Positions 49,846-62,803 of a DNA stretch of 64,000 nucleotides are shown one piece after another. The stretch is taken from NCBI GenBank assembly GCA_964016885.1, contig OZ024745.1, forward strand, positions 120,466,001 to 120,530,000, in the 5' to 3' direction. Within the stretch, counting starts at the first letter, position 1; every line of letters begins with the position of its first letter. This DNA is from Eledone cirrhosa. Its lineage: Eukaryota. Below the pieces are notes generated by a model, which saw only the letters and a list, made by a program, of their open reading frames with translations, was not told the origin of the DNA and made no database searches. The translations under genes were made by a program, and so were the position numbers.

Positions 49846-52800
49846 TTATAATTATTATTAATAAAAATAGAAATTGTTATTATTATTATTATTATTTTAA
49901 TAAAGAAATTATTATTATTTATTATTATTATAAAGTAAAGTTACAGTAAGAAAAACGCATCATTTTAAAAAATATTATTTATAAAAATATATTGTGAACT
50001 GTTGATGGTTGTCATCTTTGGTTGGGGCGTACCAAAGATGATTTAGAAGAAAGAAGGGAGGCCAACTCACATTAGGCCTTACAGAGATGAAACAAGATAG
50101 CAATAGAATGATGGTATGTTTCAGACCCATCCAACCCACATCAGCAGAGAAAAGTGATTTCTAAAATGATGAATACGATGAGGAGGATGAGAAGTAGGAG
50201 TATAGCAAGTCTAGTATTGTAATAGTTACTTGGTTTTGTGAATACCATTAGAAAAGGCATGAACATCATAACTCCTCCCTTTCCCAGTTAAACCCTCTTG
50301 ATACCAACCTGCCCCAAACTATCTCTGGTTCTATTAAACATATTAACCCTTTTTAAAGGTTCCTATTTAAATTAAAACTTTCCATCAAATTTTGTATCGG
50401 AAACTTTTATCAAGTTAATGTTACAGACACCATTTTAATAACAAAACAATTAATAATTTTAGTGAATCTTTCCAAATTCATCCTTAATTAACCTGTTGAC
50501 TGCTGCATATATTTTCCACAGCTACAGTTGCTGTGCCAGGGTTTTTTTCCAGTAAAATGACTATTTCTTTAACCCTTTAGCATTTACATTGCTCTATATT
50601 TACTATTATATTTTCATGGTAAAGACTTTATCTCAAATAATTATCTCACATAATATCGAATCTGTGAGACTTTGATATTATATATTTTGAGAATAATACC
50701 TTAACAGCAGTATGAGCAGCAGGTTACAGCCAGTTTGAACAGAAACAGGTGAGAGAATTCTGGCCGGATATGGCCGGTTTAAATGGTAAAGGGTTAAACA
50801 AACATTTATTAACAAGACATATCTGAATGATTGACAAATGTCATATCAATAAACTAGTAACCCCATCTAGCTTTGAAGTTATGAATTGTTGGGAACAAGT
50901 TCATGACTTTGAAGTTGTGAACTGTTGGAAACAAGTTCATAACTTTGAAGTTGTGAACTGTTGGAAAGGAGTTCAAACATGTTAGGATGAGTTATCTCGT
51001 CTACAACACTGAAGAGGTTAATTAAAATACAATGTATTTCATTGGAAATATGGTAACAAAGGGTTAAGAAATGATTAATTATTGATATTACTTTGTTAAT
51101 GAACATTCTGGAATATCAACTACTACTGCTACTACTACAGAAACAATAACTACAATTAATCCCTGCACACATCAACTCAAAGCCAACAAATGTTGTTACT
51201 GGTAATTGGGGTTACCACAGCTCATTTTTTGTTTTTAAGTAAAGTCCTAAAACCATTTTACAATTTCCCCAATCTCAAACTCCTTGATTTTATCTCTTCT
51301 TAGTACTAATTTTTTCTTTTCTCATTGGTATTGCTCCAGATCAATCTTCTACCACTACTACAGTGGCCTCTGCTCCTCTGGAACTACCATTACAGCCTAC
51401 TTAATGAACTGCCACATCTACTAATTAACTCCATTATATCTCAATATGTCTTCCTTCTAATACTTCCTTTTCAAACATACTGCCCTCTCCTGTAACCAAC
51501 CCCTTCTTCTCTTGTAAGAATTTAAACTGAACAATAGAACTAATTTGACCTATTGCTATACTTCAGAGCCCAGCATCCCTGAAGCTAGGACACTGTCACT
51601 CTTATTTCTCTTCTTCCTCAGACTATTCAATGAAAAAGAATTACAAGCTTCAGTATCATTTATTGATAAAGCAGATAGTTTGATTATTTATTGATATAGC
51701 AGATATATACACCTGATAGATTCAGTGTTAATTACCAGCAACTGAATGAGTGTAAAGCTTTTGTAGGAATATTGCAAATAAAAAGATAAATTTTGATTTT
51801 TTTTTTCTGAAGCAATTTATATATATTGAAGGCAGCAGCAATAGTAATCACACTAAATATAATGTTTGGTATAATAAACTGTCATAATTAGCAATTATTT
51901 GTGTTTATTGTTGATGCTGTTACTGTGACTGCTATAAATTAATTTATTTTAGTTGTCCTCTTTATTAGCAACATTGCATAGAAAACTTTAGTGTGGGGCG
52001 TTTTATGGAGGAGAATTTGTATATGATTGAATTACTAATAGTATCTAATTAGTAAATGATTATTAGGTGAAGAAATAAACAGAGATATTGAATTGCATTC
52101 AGAATCTTTTATGCAAAATACTTTTGCAACTGCTTGAATACTATGTGAGAAAGGAACTTGTTTGAAAGTCTTTAAAATTGTTAGGGTCTGTAATAGATTA
52201 TATGTATTAGTATTACTAACATTACTAACATTCTTTAACTAAAGCTATGTGATATAACTAACATGTCAACAGATTTTACTGCAGTGTTAAGTAAATCTAC
52301 TTAAGATAGCGGTAGACAGAAGTAGTCAACTAATTTAGATTTACAGTACAGCAAGAGTAACTAGAGAAATAAAAGCATTTGTGCTAAGAAGCTTTGCAGT
52401 GAAGACAAACCAAAAATAAAATCAAGATTTCATAAGACATAGTGTGTTTTACAATTTGGTGCAAACTAGTTCAACAGCAAACTATCAACTAGAAATATTT
52501 CACATGGTGAATAAAGAAAATAAAAGATTATTTAATTTAAAAAAAACAAAAAAAACATTCAGGTGTAAAAAAAAAAAAATAACTATTGAAAATGAAGGAG
52601 AACAAATAAAGACATTTGGTTAGCAGACTTGTTGAGCATCAAAGATTCCAAAGATGAAGAATATGAAATATTAAAATAGTTCATTTGGAGTAATTTTGGT
52701 TTTTTGTTTGGTTTGGTTTTGGTTTTGGTTTTGGTTTTTGAAGTAAAATTTCAGTTTTAGAAAATTAATGTTTTGTTTTTTGTTTTAGCTAGGATTAAAA

Positions 52801-53140
52801 TGAATATATCAGTTCTTAATATAAAATATATAGTAAAAGAAATAGCCGAATGTGTATTAAGTTGCCAGATGCCAACTGCTGCAAGAAGGGAGAACATTAA
52901 GTGAAAGAATAGAGAATAAAATGGAAAAATTAGTTACAAAACTACAAAAGAAAGCAAGGCAAGAAGAGGATAGAAAAAAAAAAGGAAAAATAGGGTTGGT
53001 AAAGCCACGCAATGAAAGCCACAACACTGAAAAGAAAAACCGGAGAGTATGATTTCCCAAATACCAAGCAGGAGAGGTAGTACAGTTCACTTGAGACACT
53101 AGTAGTTTAGTGTCAATGAGAACAGTTAGCACGAACACAC

Positions 53141-53233
53141 CTGGGTAATTGGGTATCCTAGTTAAAGACCTACATGCTCTGATATCTCCATCATCCCATG
53201 CTCTCTGGGGTCGGTCCAAGAAACGAGATGGCG
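53141..53233 (-). CDS. ABLIM: abLIM-like exon (SPSRFLDRPQRAWDDGDIRACRSLTRIPNYP)
   Basis: tttttcag acceptor completes the conserved ASPSR motif; CAG|gtgtgt donor; 93 nt, phase 1 to 1. Confidence 0.85.
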
Positions 53234-53964
53234 CTGAAAAAAACAGAATAAATAGAGAGCACTCATGAGCTACATAAATAATCAGACCAATTAATATGTC
53301 TGTATCGCAGAGTGATTGCTGCAGCTTCTTCAGTCTGCTGGCTTTGCTGTGGCAGAGGAATTAAATCTTATTTGTTTCACAGTAACAATAATATAACAGA
53401 TTATAACTAGTACAATGGTACCATGCTCCCATTGTCTGAAAAGTTTTGAGATTACATAATATTTTATGGACTGAGGCTTTGAACCAATTAGATCTTTCAA
53501 AAGATATACTCTCGGGTCCCAAACAATAGAGAATGGTGTACTAAGCAGGGGCATGTATAGTACATAGACAATGCACAAATCACAGATTTCCCAGGATTTT
53601 GACACTAACTCACCTATATCAAATACAACTTTGCTAAACATAACATGTACAAAATATTTTGTATTGTAATAAGAGACGATTTGATATATATTTTTGAGTC
53701 AACAGATAATTGAGAATATAGGCCCATTAGATCTCTTTCAGTTATCATTAACTTACAAACTTGTTTACAAGTGATGAGATAATTTGATGAGATTCTATTA
53801 CAACTATTAAAGAGAGAATTTATTTTTCAAAGTATAACCATATCTATATTTTAAAGTAAAATATGATTGGAAAGATAAAAAAATTACAAGTAAAAAATGT
53901 GAATTAAATTTCTTTAAAATCAACATCCATTGCAGTTATACGCATATATATTCTTTTTATTTGT

Positions 53965-54940
53965 TAGGTCTGGAGGAAGGGAAAGTTCCCATGGTCTCTA
54001 AACTATGCTGTTCCTAAGAAGCTATCCCAGAATTCCAGACAATTTAGCGAGTTCCACCTGTTGCCAGCTGGCCTTGTTGTAGCTAACAAAGAGTCACAAG
54101 GTGCAACACACAGCATGAAGAGGAGTCTGTGGATGGCAAAGCAGTTCTTCAGGAGGAAGAGCATCATCATCCTTGTCAGGTCTGCATGCTTGGTCTCCAG
54201 GCACTCTTGTGTGGCTTTCGGGAGGATCAGAGAGCTGAGAATGTAGATAGGCTCTTTCGGCATTAGCTGAGCCATAGTCAAGATGTGCTGGATGCTGAGT
54301 GAAGTGTAATAGAATTCAGCTCTGTTGTAGCTAATATTTTTGACCTTGGACGGATTGATCTCAATTCCTAGGAGCTTTAGGGCTGGGATGACTTGCTGAA
54401 GGTCCTTAACAACAGATTCAATGGAGCCAGTTGCGTCGTTCAGGTACCATACATTGAAAGATTAGCAGATTGAGAGGGCAATATCATCATCACCCAATGC
54501 AAAGAGGAGCAGACTAAGTGGGTTACCATGCTGGACACCTGTGGCAGAAATGATTTTGTTGTCCGCAGTCATGAGTGTGCTAGGTGCCCTGTAGGAGAGG
54601 TGAGCAAGTGGGAGTAATGAAGTAACGAGGGAGCATGTCTTAGACATGTCTCTAAGATGTGACCCCGCCTAATGCTGTTGACGGCATTTATCATGTCCGG
54701 CTTCACTAGGAGGCAAGGTGACAAAGGAGGCATGTACTGTAGTGTCTGGCCACCATGGGCAACCACCTCACATTCACCCTTAACTCCCATTTCAAGCTTA
54801 GTGCTTCATTCAGGTCATCCTTGAATGATCTGCAGGCTATCTTGGTTGCAAGTCTTCGAAAGATGTTGCCCACTGTAATTAGATGGATGCCTTTGTCATT
54901 CTTCTTCAATGCAGTCAGATGACTGTTTGTTAGAGCAGTG
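53965..54940 (-). pseudogene. Decayed CRE-clade-like (restriction-endonuclease group) non-LTR retrotransposon RT
   Basis: GI..ITVGNIFRRLATK, VKPDMINAVNSIRR, GVQHGNPLSLLLF, WYLNDATG, GIEINPSK. Confidence 0.75.
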
Positions 54941-55320
54941 ATAGACTGGAGTTGAAATACATTTATATTATTGTCTTCTGGGTGGTTTTGGTTTTCTGTT
55001 CCATGCCTTAAATTGATTGTTCTGTGTTACCGCCTCTAAGGAATTCTATTTATACAATTTCATGTAGAATTATGTTGCTAAAATTTCATCCTATTTCATA
55101 TGACTCTGTTCTGATTTCAAACATTTTCAGAAATTTAGTGACCTTAGGTGGTTTGTATATTCTTTTGAGGGTTTTTTTTAGCCAGTTTGCAGAAATTTCC
55201 CAGATCAGCAGACAATTTGTTGAACCGTTCTAGATTAGAAGACAGTTGACGCAATATACTAAGATAGGCAGCTAGTTGATAAAGATTAGTGAATATATAC
55301 ATATATAATTAAGATAAAGA

Positions 55321-55380
55321 GATGCGAACACGCAATCTATTGATTTGAAGTCAGAAACCTTATCCATTAGGCTACGGCTA
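55321..55380 (-). pseudogene. tRNA-Arg-derived fragment
   Basis: TAGCCTAATGGATAAGG..TCTGACTTC..ATCA..AGATTGCG.GTTCG resembles tRNA-Arg(TCG); 3' acceptor strand missing. Confidence 0.6.
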
Positions 55381-55844
55381 TAAATATATATATATATGTG
55401 TGTGTGTGCATTGTGTCTGGCGGGTGCATGAGCAGAAGGACGAGATTTTCCTGCCGGCAGCATATCAAGGTTGAATTTCATGTGAGGATACCATTCTCAT
55501 AACAACAACAAATGCATGAATTACATCTTGATTGCATGGGAGAACCGTTGAAGTAATTATAATGACTAAACGATTTATGTAACACATCAGCATCTTTCTT
55601 AATGTTATTATCATAATATATATTTTAGAGCGGTGGATTGGCAGTACCGGTAGAGGGTCGGACGCCATGCTTTGCAGCACAGTTATGTCCCTTTACATTC
55701 TGAGTTCAAATCCCGCCGAGGTTAACTTTGCCTTTCATCCTTACGGGGTCGATAAAATAAAGTACCAGTAATACACTAGGATAATTGCTGGCCTTGTGCC
55801 AAAAATAGAAACAATTATCATAATATATATATATATATGTTTAT

Positions 55845-56034
55845 CCTGGGTTCAATCTGGGGTAACTACAGTAAATAAGGTACTCAATACATAGCAGAGT
55901 ATATATATTTAATATAGAAATGACTTCTAGAGGACTAGAACTGTTTCATTCGGAAGAAATCATCAAGAAAGCACTTTCCTGATGATTTCTTCTGAAATTA
56001 AACAGTTCTAGTCCTGTAGAAGCCATTTCTATAT

Positions 56035-56067
<33 letters not shown>

Positions 56068-56600
56068 CTATAGGAACCAGAATGGGCCCAAACTACACCA
56101 ACTTGTTCGTTGGCTATGTTGAGGCCCAGATCTTCTTGCAGTACACTGGTGAGCAGTTCCTCCCTTTATACACACACACACACACACACACACACAGGCA
56201 TACACACATATCCTCACACACACATACACATATGCATGCACAAACAATAAAACACACATACACACACATCTAAATATAAAAGGATTTTTTCCCTTTCAGC
56301 ATGACATAGTAACCTTCAATCAGAACCTTTCAAAAGACAACCAACTAAACTTCCTACGCTATACATGCTCCTATCAACAGTTTTCCAAGAGATGGCGAAA
56401 TAAACAGGCCTGATTTTTCTTGAAGAAATTTTTTTCGTTTCTACCACTGCTTACTCTCTTCTGTTTTTCTATATCATGTCTCATTCTATTTTTGATGAAA
56501 GACTAGCGTCCGAAACGTTAAAACACTTTTCTTACTATATTAAGCACAAAAGTAATATATTTCTTCATTGTACTGTGTCATTGTCTTTATTATTTGTTTA
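55845..56600. mobile_element. Penelope-like element remnants: inverted terminal repeats with hammerhead motifs, RT fragment, second-family terminal repeat
   Basis: Palindrome 55900-56046; GTRMGPNYTNLFVGYVE RT motif at about 56070-56150; degenerate hammerhead at 56484-56525. Confidence 0.75.
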
Positions 56601-57375
56601 CTTTTTGCATATATATATGCATATATATATGTGCCCTAGACACACCGTATGATGGTCCCTCTACAACTCCACAAGGAGTTATGGGATCTTTATCCCTTTT
56701 TCCTATAGATGTACACACACCCATTTTATAATGTAATATACATATATATTAATGGTGGTACCTTAACATGACCTCAGCCAGATGGCTGATATCAAGACAG
56801 GAATGTCTACATATGTGTGTCGATGTATCTACATTTAAAAAAAAACATCTTATATTACAAGAGTAAAATATTAACCTCCAAATGAAACATTTCTCAGATT
56901 TAATGAAATGATAATCCAAATATGTAAACCAAATGGAAATGGGTGTTTTCTCCAAAATAACAAAAGTAGTTTAAATTCCAACAGGATAATATATCTCAAA
57001 GAATGCGTGCAAGAATTCATTAAAATACCCAACTCCCTCTGTCAGTCTTAGATATTACAAGAATTTTTAATACAAAATTGATTTAATTTAAATTTTAAAA
57101 GATTAAGAAGAGAAAAGGGTGTTATCTACTTTACATAGAATCAGGACACTGTAATTCTTTTATAAAAAAACAACAAAAACAAAACAAAGCTATAAAATAA
57201 GGTTATGAAATGAGAAATAGATATCAAGTTTTAAAATAAATAACATTTTATATATAATCTGATTCTTGTTTTGTTAATTTTATTTTATCTTAAAAATCTG
57301 ATTTGTTTCATGGACTTCCTGAAACACTCACTATAGATTCTGATGTTGGAGTGTGACTGGAACATTCTAATGTTG

Positions 57376-57893
57376 GAGTGTGGCTGGAACTGAGAAGAGT
57401 GTGGTTGGAACTGAGAAGAGTGTGAGTGGAACTGAGAAGAGTGTGGATGGAACTGAGAAGAGTCTGAGTGGAACTGAGAAGAGTCTGAGTAGAACTGAGA
57501 AGAGTCTGAGTGGAACTGAGAAGAGTGTGGCTGGACCTGAGAAGAGTCTGAGTGGAACTGAGAAGAGTCTGAGTGGAACTGAGAGGAGTCTGTGTGGAAC
57601 TGAGAAGAGTGTGAGTGGAGCTGAGAAGAGTCTGAGTGGAACTGAGAAGAGTGTGGATGGAACTGAGAAGAGTGTGGATAGAACTGAGAAGAATCTGAGT
57701 GGAACTGAGAAGAGTGTGGCTGGAACTGAGAAGAATCTGAGTGGAACTGAGAAGAGTGTGGATGGAACTGAGAAGAGTGTGGATGGAACTGAGAAGAGTC
57801 TGTGTGGAACTGAGAAGAGTCTGAGTGGAACTGAGAAGAGTCTGAGTGGAACTGAGAAGAGTGTGGCTGGAACTGAGAAGAGTCTGAGTGGAA
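57376..57893 (+). repeat. 21-bp minisatellite, about 24-25 copies
   Basis: Unit GGAACTGAGAAGAGTCTGAGT with GTGG variants. Confidence 0.95.
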
Positions 57894-58294
57894 ATGTTAA
57901 ATAAGTTTGAGAGTGGAAGTGTGATAAGGCATGGTTAATATGATTAAGGTGTTGGATTTGCAACCACAAGGTTTCAGGTTCTGTCCTACTGTATCCTTGT
58001 GGGTGAAATTTGGTAGATGGAAATTGTGCAGAAGTCTACCGTGTGTCTGTATGTACATATATATATGTGCGTGTGTGTATCTATGTATGTGTATGTTTAT
58101 ATACGTCCTGTAATTTAGTGGTTTGACAAAAAGAGTTCAATAAAATAAATATCAGACTTTAAAAAAAAACACAATAAGTACTGGGCTCAATATGTACAAA
58201 TGTAAACAGCATTCAGGATGGTGCTCCAGTAAGGCCCAAGCCTAATAACTGAAACCAGAGTAAAAGGTCAGAAGAATAAAAGAATGATACTTAC

Positions 58295-58555
58295 AAGCAA
58301 ACATTGGGGACTGATATCTTGTGCTGAATTTGGGTTCATATTTAGCTGATGGAACTCTTGAGGCTTTCCAAGGATCCAGTGGAGGGGGAGGCAATGACTT
58401 GCGCTCAGCTAATTCTTTATAGATGACACATCCCAAACCAGACCTGTCCTTCAACTTGGACATTTCTTCAAATTCTTTCCTCTTTTTGGGATCTTCTTTA
58501 GGTTGTTCTTCGCCATCATCATCTTCCTCTCCTTTACTTTTTCGTCTTTGTCTCA
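58295..58555 (-). CDS. ABLIM: abLIM-like exon (MRQRRKSKGEEDD...SGLGCVIYKE...LDPWKASRVPSAKYEPKFSTRYQSPMFA)
   Basis: taaag acceptor, gtaag donor, 261 nt, phase 1 to 1. Contains the SG.G..I.KE and LDP..ASR.PSA..EP....RY.SP motifs of unc-115/abLIM. Confidence 0.92.
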
Positions 58556-60384
58556 CTTTATATAAAAATTAGAAAATAAGTATATGTGCATGCATGTGTG
58601 TGTGTATATATATCATCATCATCATCATCATTACTGTTTAATGTCCATTTTCCATGCTTGCATGGGTTAGACAGGTCATCCACGTCATGAAGCAAGCCTG
58701 GACAGGTTGGCCGCGCTGTACCTTGCTCAGACTGAACTGTAAATTTGGCCAGAAATTTTACAGCTGGATGCTAATATTTCTCTAAAACCCTTCCATCATA
58801 ATTTTATGTAAGAACCATTGTTAAGTTATACTCTAAACACAAACTTAATAATGAGAAAATTTGTTATAATACTAAATCCCTCCAAAGTTGTGATTATTTG
58901 TAAATGATTTGAAAGTAATACACATTGGTTTTTATAAGCCATATGGCAATGAAAGGGTTAAATATAAATATGTGGCAGTCAATGGTGGAATTATTTCAGA
59001 CAGTTTAAATTCTATGAAGTATTTAGTTATGTCCCTTTATGTTTTGAGTTTAAATTTCATTGAGGTCAACTTTGATTTTCATCCTTCTATGGTTGACAAA
59101 ATAATTACTAGTCTGGTCCATATAATAAACAATACCCTCTCCTAATATGTGTTGCCTTATTCTCATGTTAGAATCTATCATTTTTATATGCTTTGATGCA
59201 TAGAGTTACGGCCCTTGTCCTTTTGAATTCAAATCCCGCCGAGGTTAACTTTGCCTTTCATCCTTACTGGGTCGATAAAATAAAGTACCAGTAATGCACT
59301 GGATAATTGCTGGCCTTGTGCCTAAAGTAGAAACAATTATTATTTTCACGTTCATTTTCTGATGCATGTACAAAAATCATTATTGAATATTGGTAGTGGA
59401 TTAGAGGAGTAGGTAAAGTATGAAACATAATGTGTGTATTTAATTATGTTGGGACTGTCCCCACAAATACCTGCTCTTGTGCCTCGATTAGATATCAGTA
59501 GTAAATATTTACAAAGAATAAAGGTACTCAGTCCATTCTGTAAAGAGGTTGGTGATAGAAAGGGCAACCAGCTGTAGAAAGCTTGCCAAACACGGGATCA
59601 AGAAGACTCTTCAGTTGTGTCTAAAGACATAACAACCTCCCTAATGCTAATGTCATGATAAAATGCACTCAATGTACTCTGTAGAGTTTGGACACATGTG
59701 TAAGCAAGATACATCCCCTAGCCAGTCTCAGAAGTTCTGACTTGGTTTGTGACAACCCATTCAATCCTTGCTAGTAGAGAAAAAGAGATGTGAAATATGT
59801 TTTTCCAGACACCCAGTATAGTCTGTAAAGTGTTTAACCCTTTACTATTTATATTACTCTATATATACTCTTGTATTTTCGCAGTAAAGGCTTTACCTCA
59901 CATGATTATCTCACATAATATCGAATCTATGGGATTTTGATACTATTTATTTTGAAAACAATACCTTAACATCAGTATGAGCAGCCAGTTACAGCCAGTT
60001 TAAACAGAAAGAGGTGAGAGAATTCTGACCAGATATGGTCGGTTTAAATGCTAAAGGGTTAATGATAGGAAAAACATCCAGCGCTAGAAATTATTCTATA
60101 TATGAAACATGTCCCCCTGGGTCTTCTGGGAGTACACTAGCTTTGATTAAGTAGTAACTTCATCTGTGATGACCCATCCAGCCCTTGCTAGCAGGGAAAA
60201 CAGACATGAAATTATGATGATGATGATGAATATTTCTTGTTAAAAAAGGGATAACACAGAGAAATCTGAAATTTAAAAATACAGTCACCACAATGCAGAT
60301 AACTATAATAATAGTTGAATAAATGAGATAAAGTACCCTTGGAGACAGAAAAATTAGATAGGTCTCTGATCACCTTTTCCCCAC

Positions 60385-60920
60385 ATCATCATCATCGTCG
60401 TTTAACGTCCACTTTTCTCTGCTTGCACGAGTGGGACATGTCCTATTCAGCACAGCATCTCACCATTCGTCACTGTCCTTCGTCATCTCCTCCGTGAGTT
60501 TCAGCAATCTGAGGTCAGCTCTCACCACCTCCACTCATGATTTTCATGGTCTACCTCTATTGCGTCTTCCTTCTACTGGGATTTCTTGGTACTTCTTTAC
60601 CCAGCGGTCATCCGCCATGCGCATCACATGGCCATACCAACGCAGTCTTCTCTCCTGCACACCACAACTTATCCCTCTTATACACAGTTTCTTTCTCAAT
60701 TCGTCTATGCTTGGTCGTTCACACACATTGACATTGCACATCCAACGGAGCATGCTTGCTTCATTTCTCTCCAGCCGTCGCATACCCTCCGCAGTTGCTG
60801 CCCATGTCTCACTACCATGAGGCATCGCGCATCTCACACAGGCATCATATAACAGCCATTCGTAGGGAGAAATCCTTCTTTGTCAACAGAGGAAGCAGCT
60901 CCCTAAACTTCTTCCAACCC
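60385..60920 (-). mobile_element. RTE LINE 3' fragment
   Basis: HGSETW...RLRWYGHVMR...RGRP; GAT tail at 60385. Confidence 0.9.
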
Positions 60921-61014
60921 CACAATACTTCATAAGTCAACCAAGTTTTGTTTATTCCACCAATACTTCATAAGTCAACCAAGTTTTGTTTATTCCCCAA
61001 AATACACAAGTCAA

Positions 61015-61650
61015 GGCACATACAATAGTCCACTACGATGATAAAAAGGTAGGGAGCCAATGTATTTCCCTGGAGCACTCCAGCCAGTATCTCAAAGAAC
61101 TCTGTCATCCCATCAGGTGTAATGACTTGGGCTTTGGTGTTGGTGTAGAGCAGTGATATCAGGTCCACTATCTTCTTGGGGATTCCATAAGCCTGTAAGA
61201 ACCGCCTCTTCATTGCTGGAGTCTGTGCTGCTGTACGGGTCTGAGACTTGGACACTAACCAAGAAACTCACTCAGATGGTGGATGGGTGCTACACGAGAA
61301 TGCTGAGGATGGCTCTGAACATTAATCAGTATACACTGAGGATGAAAAACTCAGAGCTGTATGGGAGCCTCCCAAAAGTCAGCTCAAAAGTGACACAGAG
61401 GAGACTGAGGTTAGCTGGACATGCTCACCAACATCCAGAGTTGACACTGCACTCAGTGCTCCTCTGGGAGCCCCTGCATGGACACACTGGAAGAGGAAGA
61501 CCAAGGTTAACGTATGTTGATGCCCTAAGGACAGACACTGGTCTGTTGGAGATGCAGGACATGGCAGCGATAATGAGGGACAGAGACCGCTGGAGAGAAC
61601 TCGTCCATGGATCTCGGGAATTTTACCCGCCCTAGATAGATAGATAGATA
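61015..61650 (+). mobile_element. RTE-group LINE with inverted 5' segment (61015-61200 minus, 61197-61650 plus), (TAGA)n tail
   Basis: AYGIP...GVLQGNTLAPYLFIIVVDY on minus; ESVLLYGSETW...RLRLAGH...RGRP on plus; 46-bp direct repeats 60969-61014 and 61651-61696. Confidence 0.85.
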
Positions 61651-61728
61651 CATAAGTCAACCAAGTTTTGTTTATTCCCCAAAATACATAAGTCAACACT
61701 CATAGATAATTCTGTTTTATAAACTTAC

Positions 61729-61911
61729 TTATTTCGGGTAGAATTGCAGCTGGAGATGGTGGTCCAGGCCAGTCTTCTCTCTCAATCTTGGTTATTTCAT
61801 TAGGAAGTGGAGGTTTCCCAGCAGGGAACATACTTAATCTAACAGCTTCATCATTCTTCAAATCAACAGGTGATGCACTTCTTCGAACCTTCACAGTCTT
61901 GCTAGTTGCTG
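61729..61911 (-). CDS. ABLIM: abLIM/unc-115-like exon (ATSKTVKVRRSASP...SMFPAGKPPLPNEITKIEREDWPGPPSPAAILPEI)
   Basis: Tandem CAGCAG (NAGNAG) acceptor, gtaag donor, 183 nt, phase 1 to 1. The KIEREDWP.PP.PA motif is typical of abLIM/dematin proteins. Confidence 0.9.
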
Positions 61912-61949
61912 CTGAAGAAAGTAATTAAGAAAAGGTATAAAATTATACA

Positions 61950-62318
61950 TGCGTATATATATATATATATGTATGTATATGTGTGTGTATGTGTGTATAT
62001 GTGTGTATGTATGTATGTGTGTGTGTATGTATAAATGTGTATGTATATGTGTGTATATATGTATGTATATGTGTCTGTATGTATATATGTGTATATATGT
62101 GTGTGTATGTATGTATGTATATGTGTGTATGTATAAATGTATATGTATATGTGTGTATATATGTATGTATATGTGTATGTATGTATATATGTGTGTATAT
62201 ATGTGTGTGTATGTATGTATGTATATGTGTGTGTGTGTATATATATAGTGTGTGTATTTATGTATGTGTATCATCATCATCATTATCGTTTAACGTCCAT
62301 TTTCCACGCTAGCATGGG

Positions 62319-62353
<35 letters not shown>

Positions 62354-62435
62354 ATATGTATATGTGTGTATGTATGTATATGTGTATGTATGTATATATG
62401 TATGTGTGTGTGTATGTGTGTATATATGTATGTGT
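61950..62435. repeat. (TA/TG)n compound microsatellite
   Basis: Directly visible; lies in the intron just upstream of the 61911 acceptor. Confidence 0.95.
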
Positions 62436-62803
62436 TGATGAAATAAAATAGAGGAAGAAGAGAAAGGATTATGGCTTGTGTGAGGTGGTGGTGGTGGTGA
62501 TGATGATGATGATGATGAGGAGGAGGTGGAGGGGGGGGGGGGGCATCAATATGAATAGTAACAAAAATAAACTATTTACCTAACTGCATCATTCCTCCTA
62601 AAAAATAAAATAAAAAATAAATAAATATATGAAGGTTTTAAATGTAAACATTTTTTTTAAAATGAGAAGTAGTAGTCTTTCATAAAGAGACATAGAATAT
62701 TGTCTTGTTTATGATAAGGATAGTGGGATTATGTTACATTTATGCCTTTCCCAAGAACATTACTAACGGATTCACAAACCATTCAAATCTATCGAGTCAG
62801 TAA

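Noticed and set aside
55321-55380. Functional tRNA-Arg gene
   Set aside because: Truncated in the T arm, no acceptor pairing, anticodon region mutated.
56761-56827. AG/GT-bounded segment as an abLIM cassette exon
   Set aside because: Not frame-symmetric and would split the conserved ASPSR motif.
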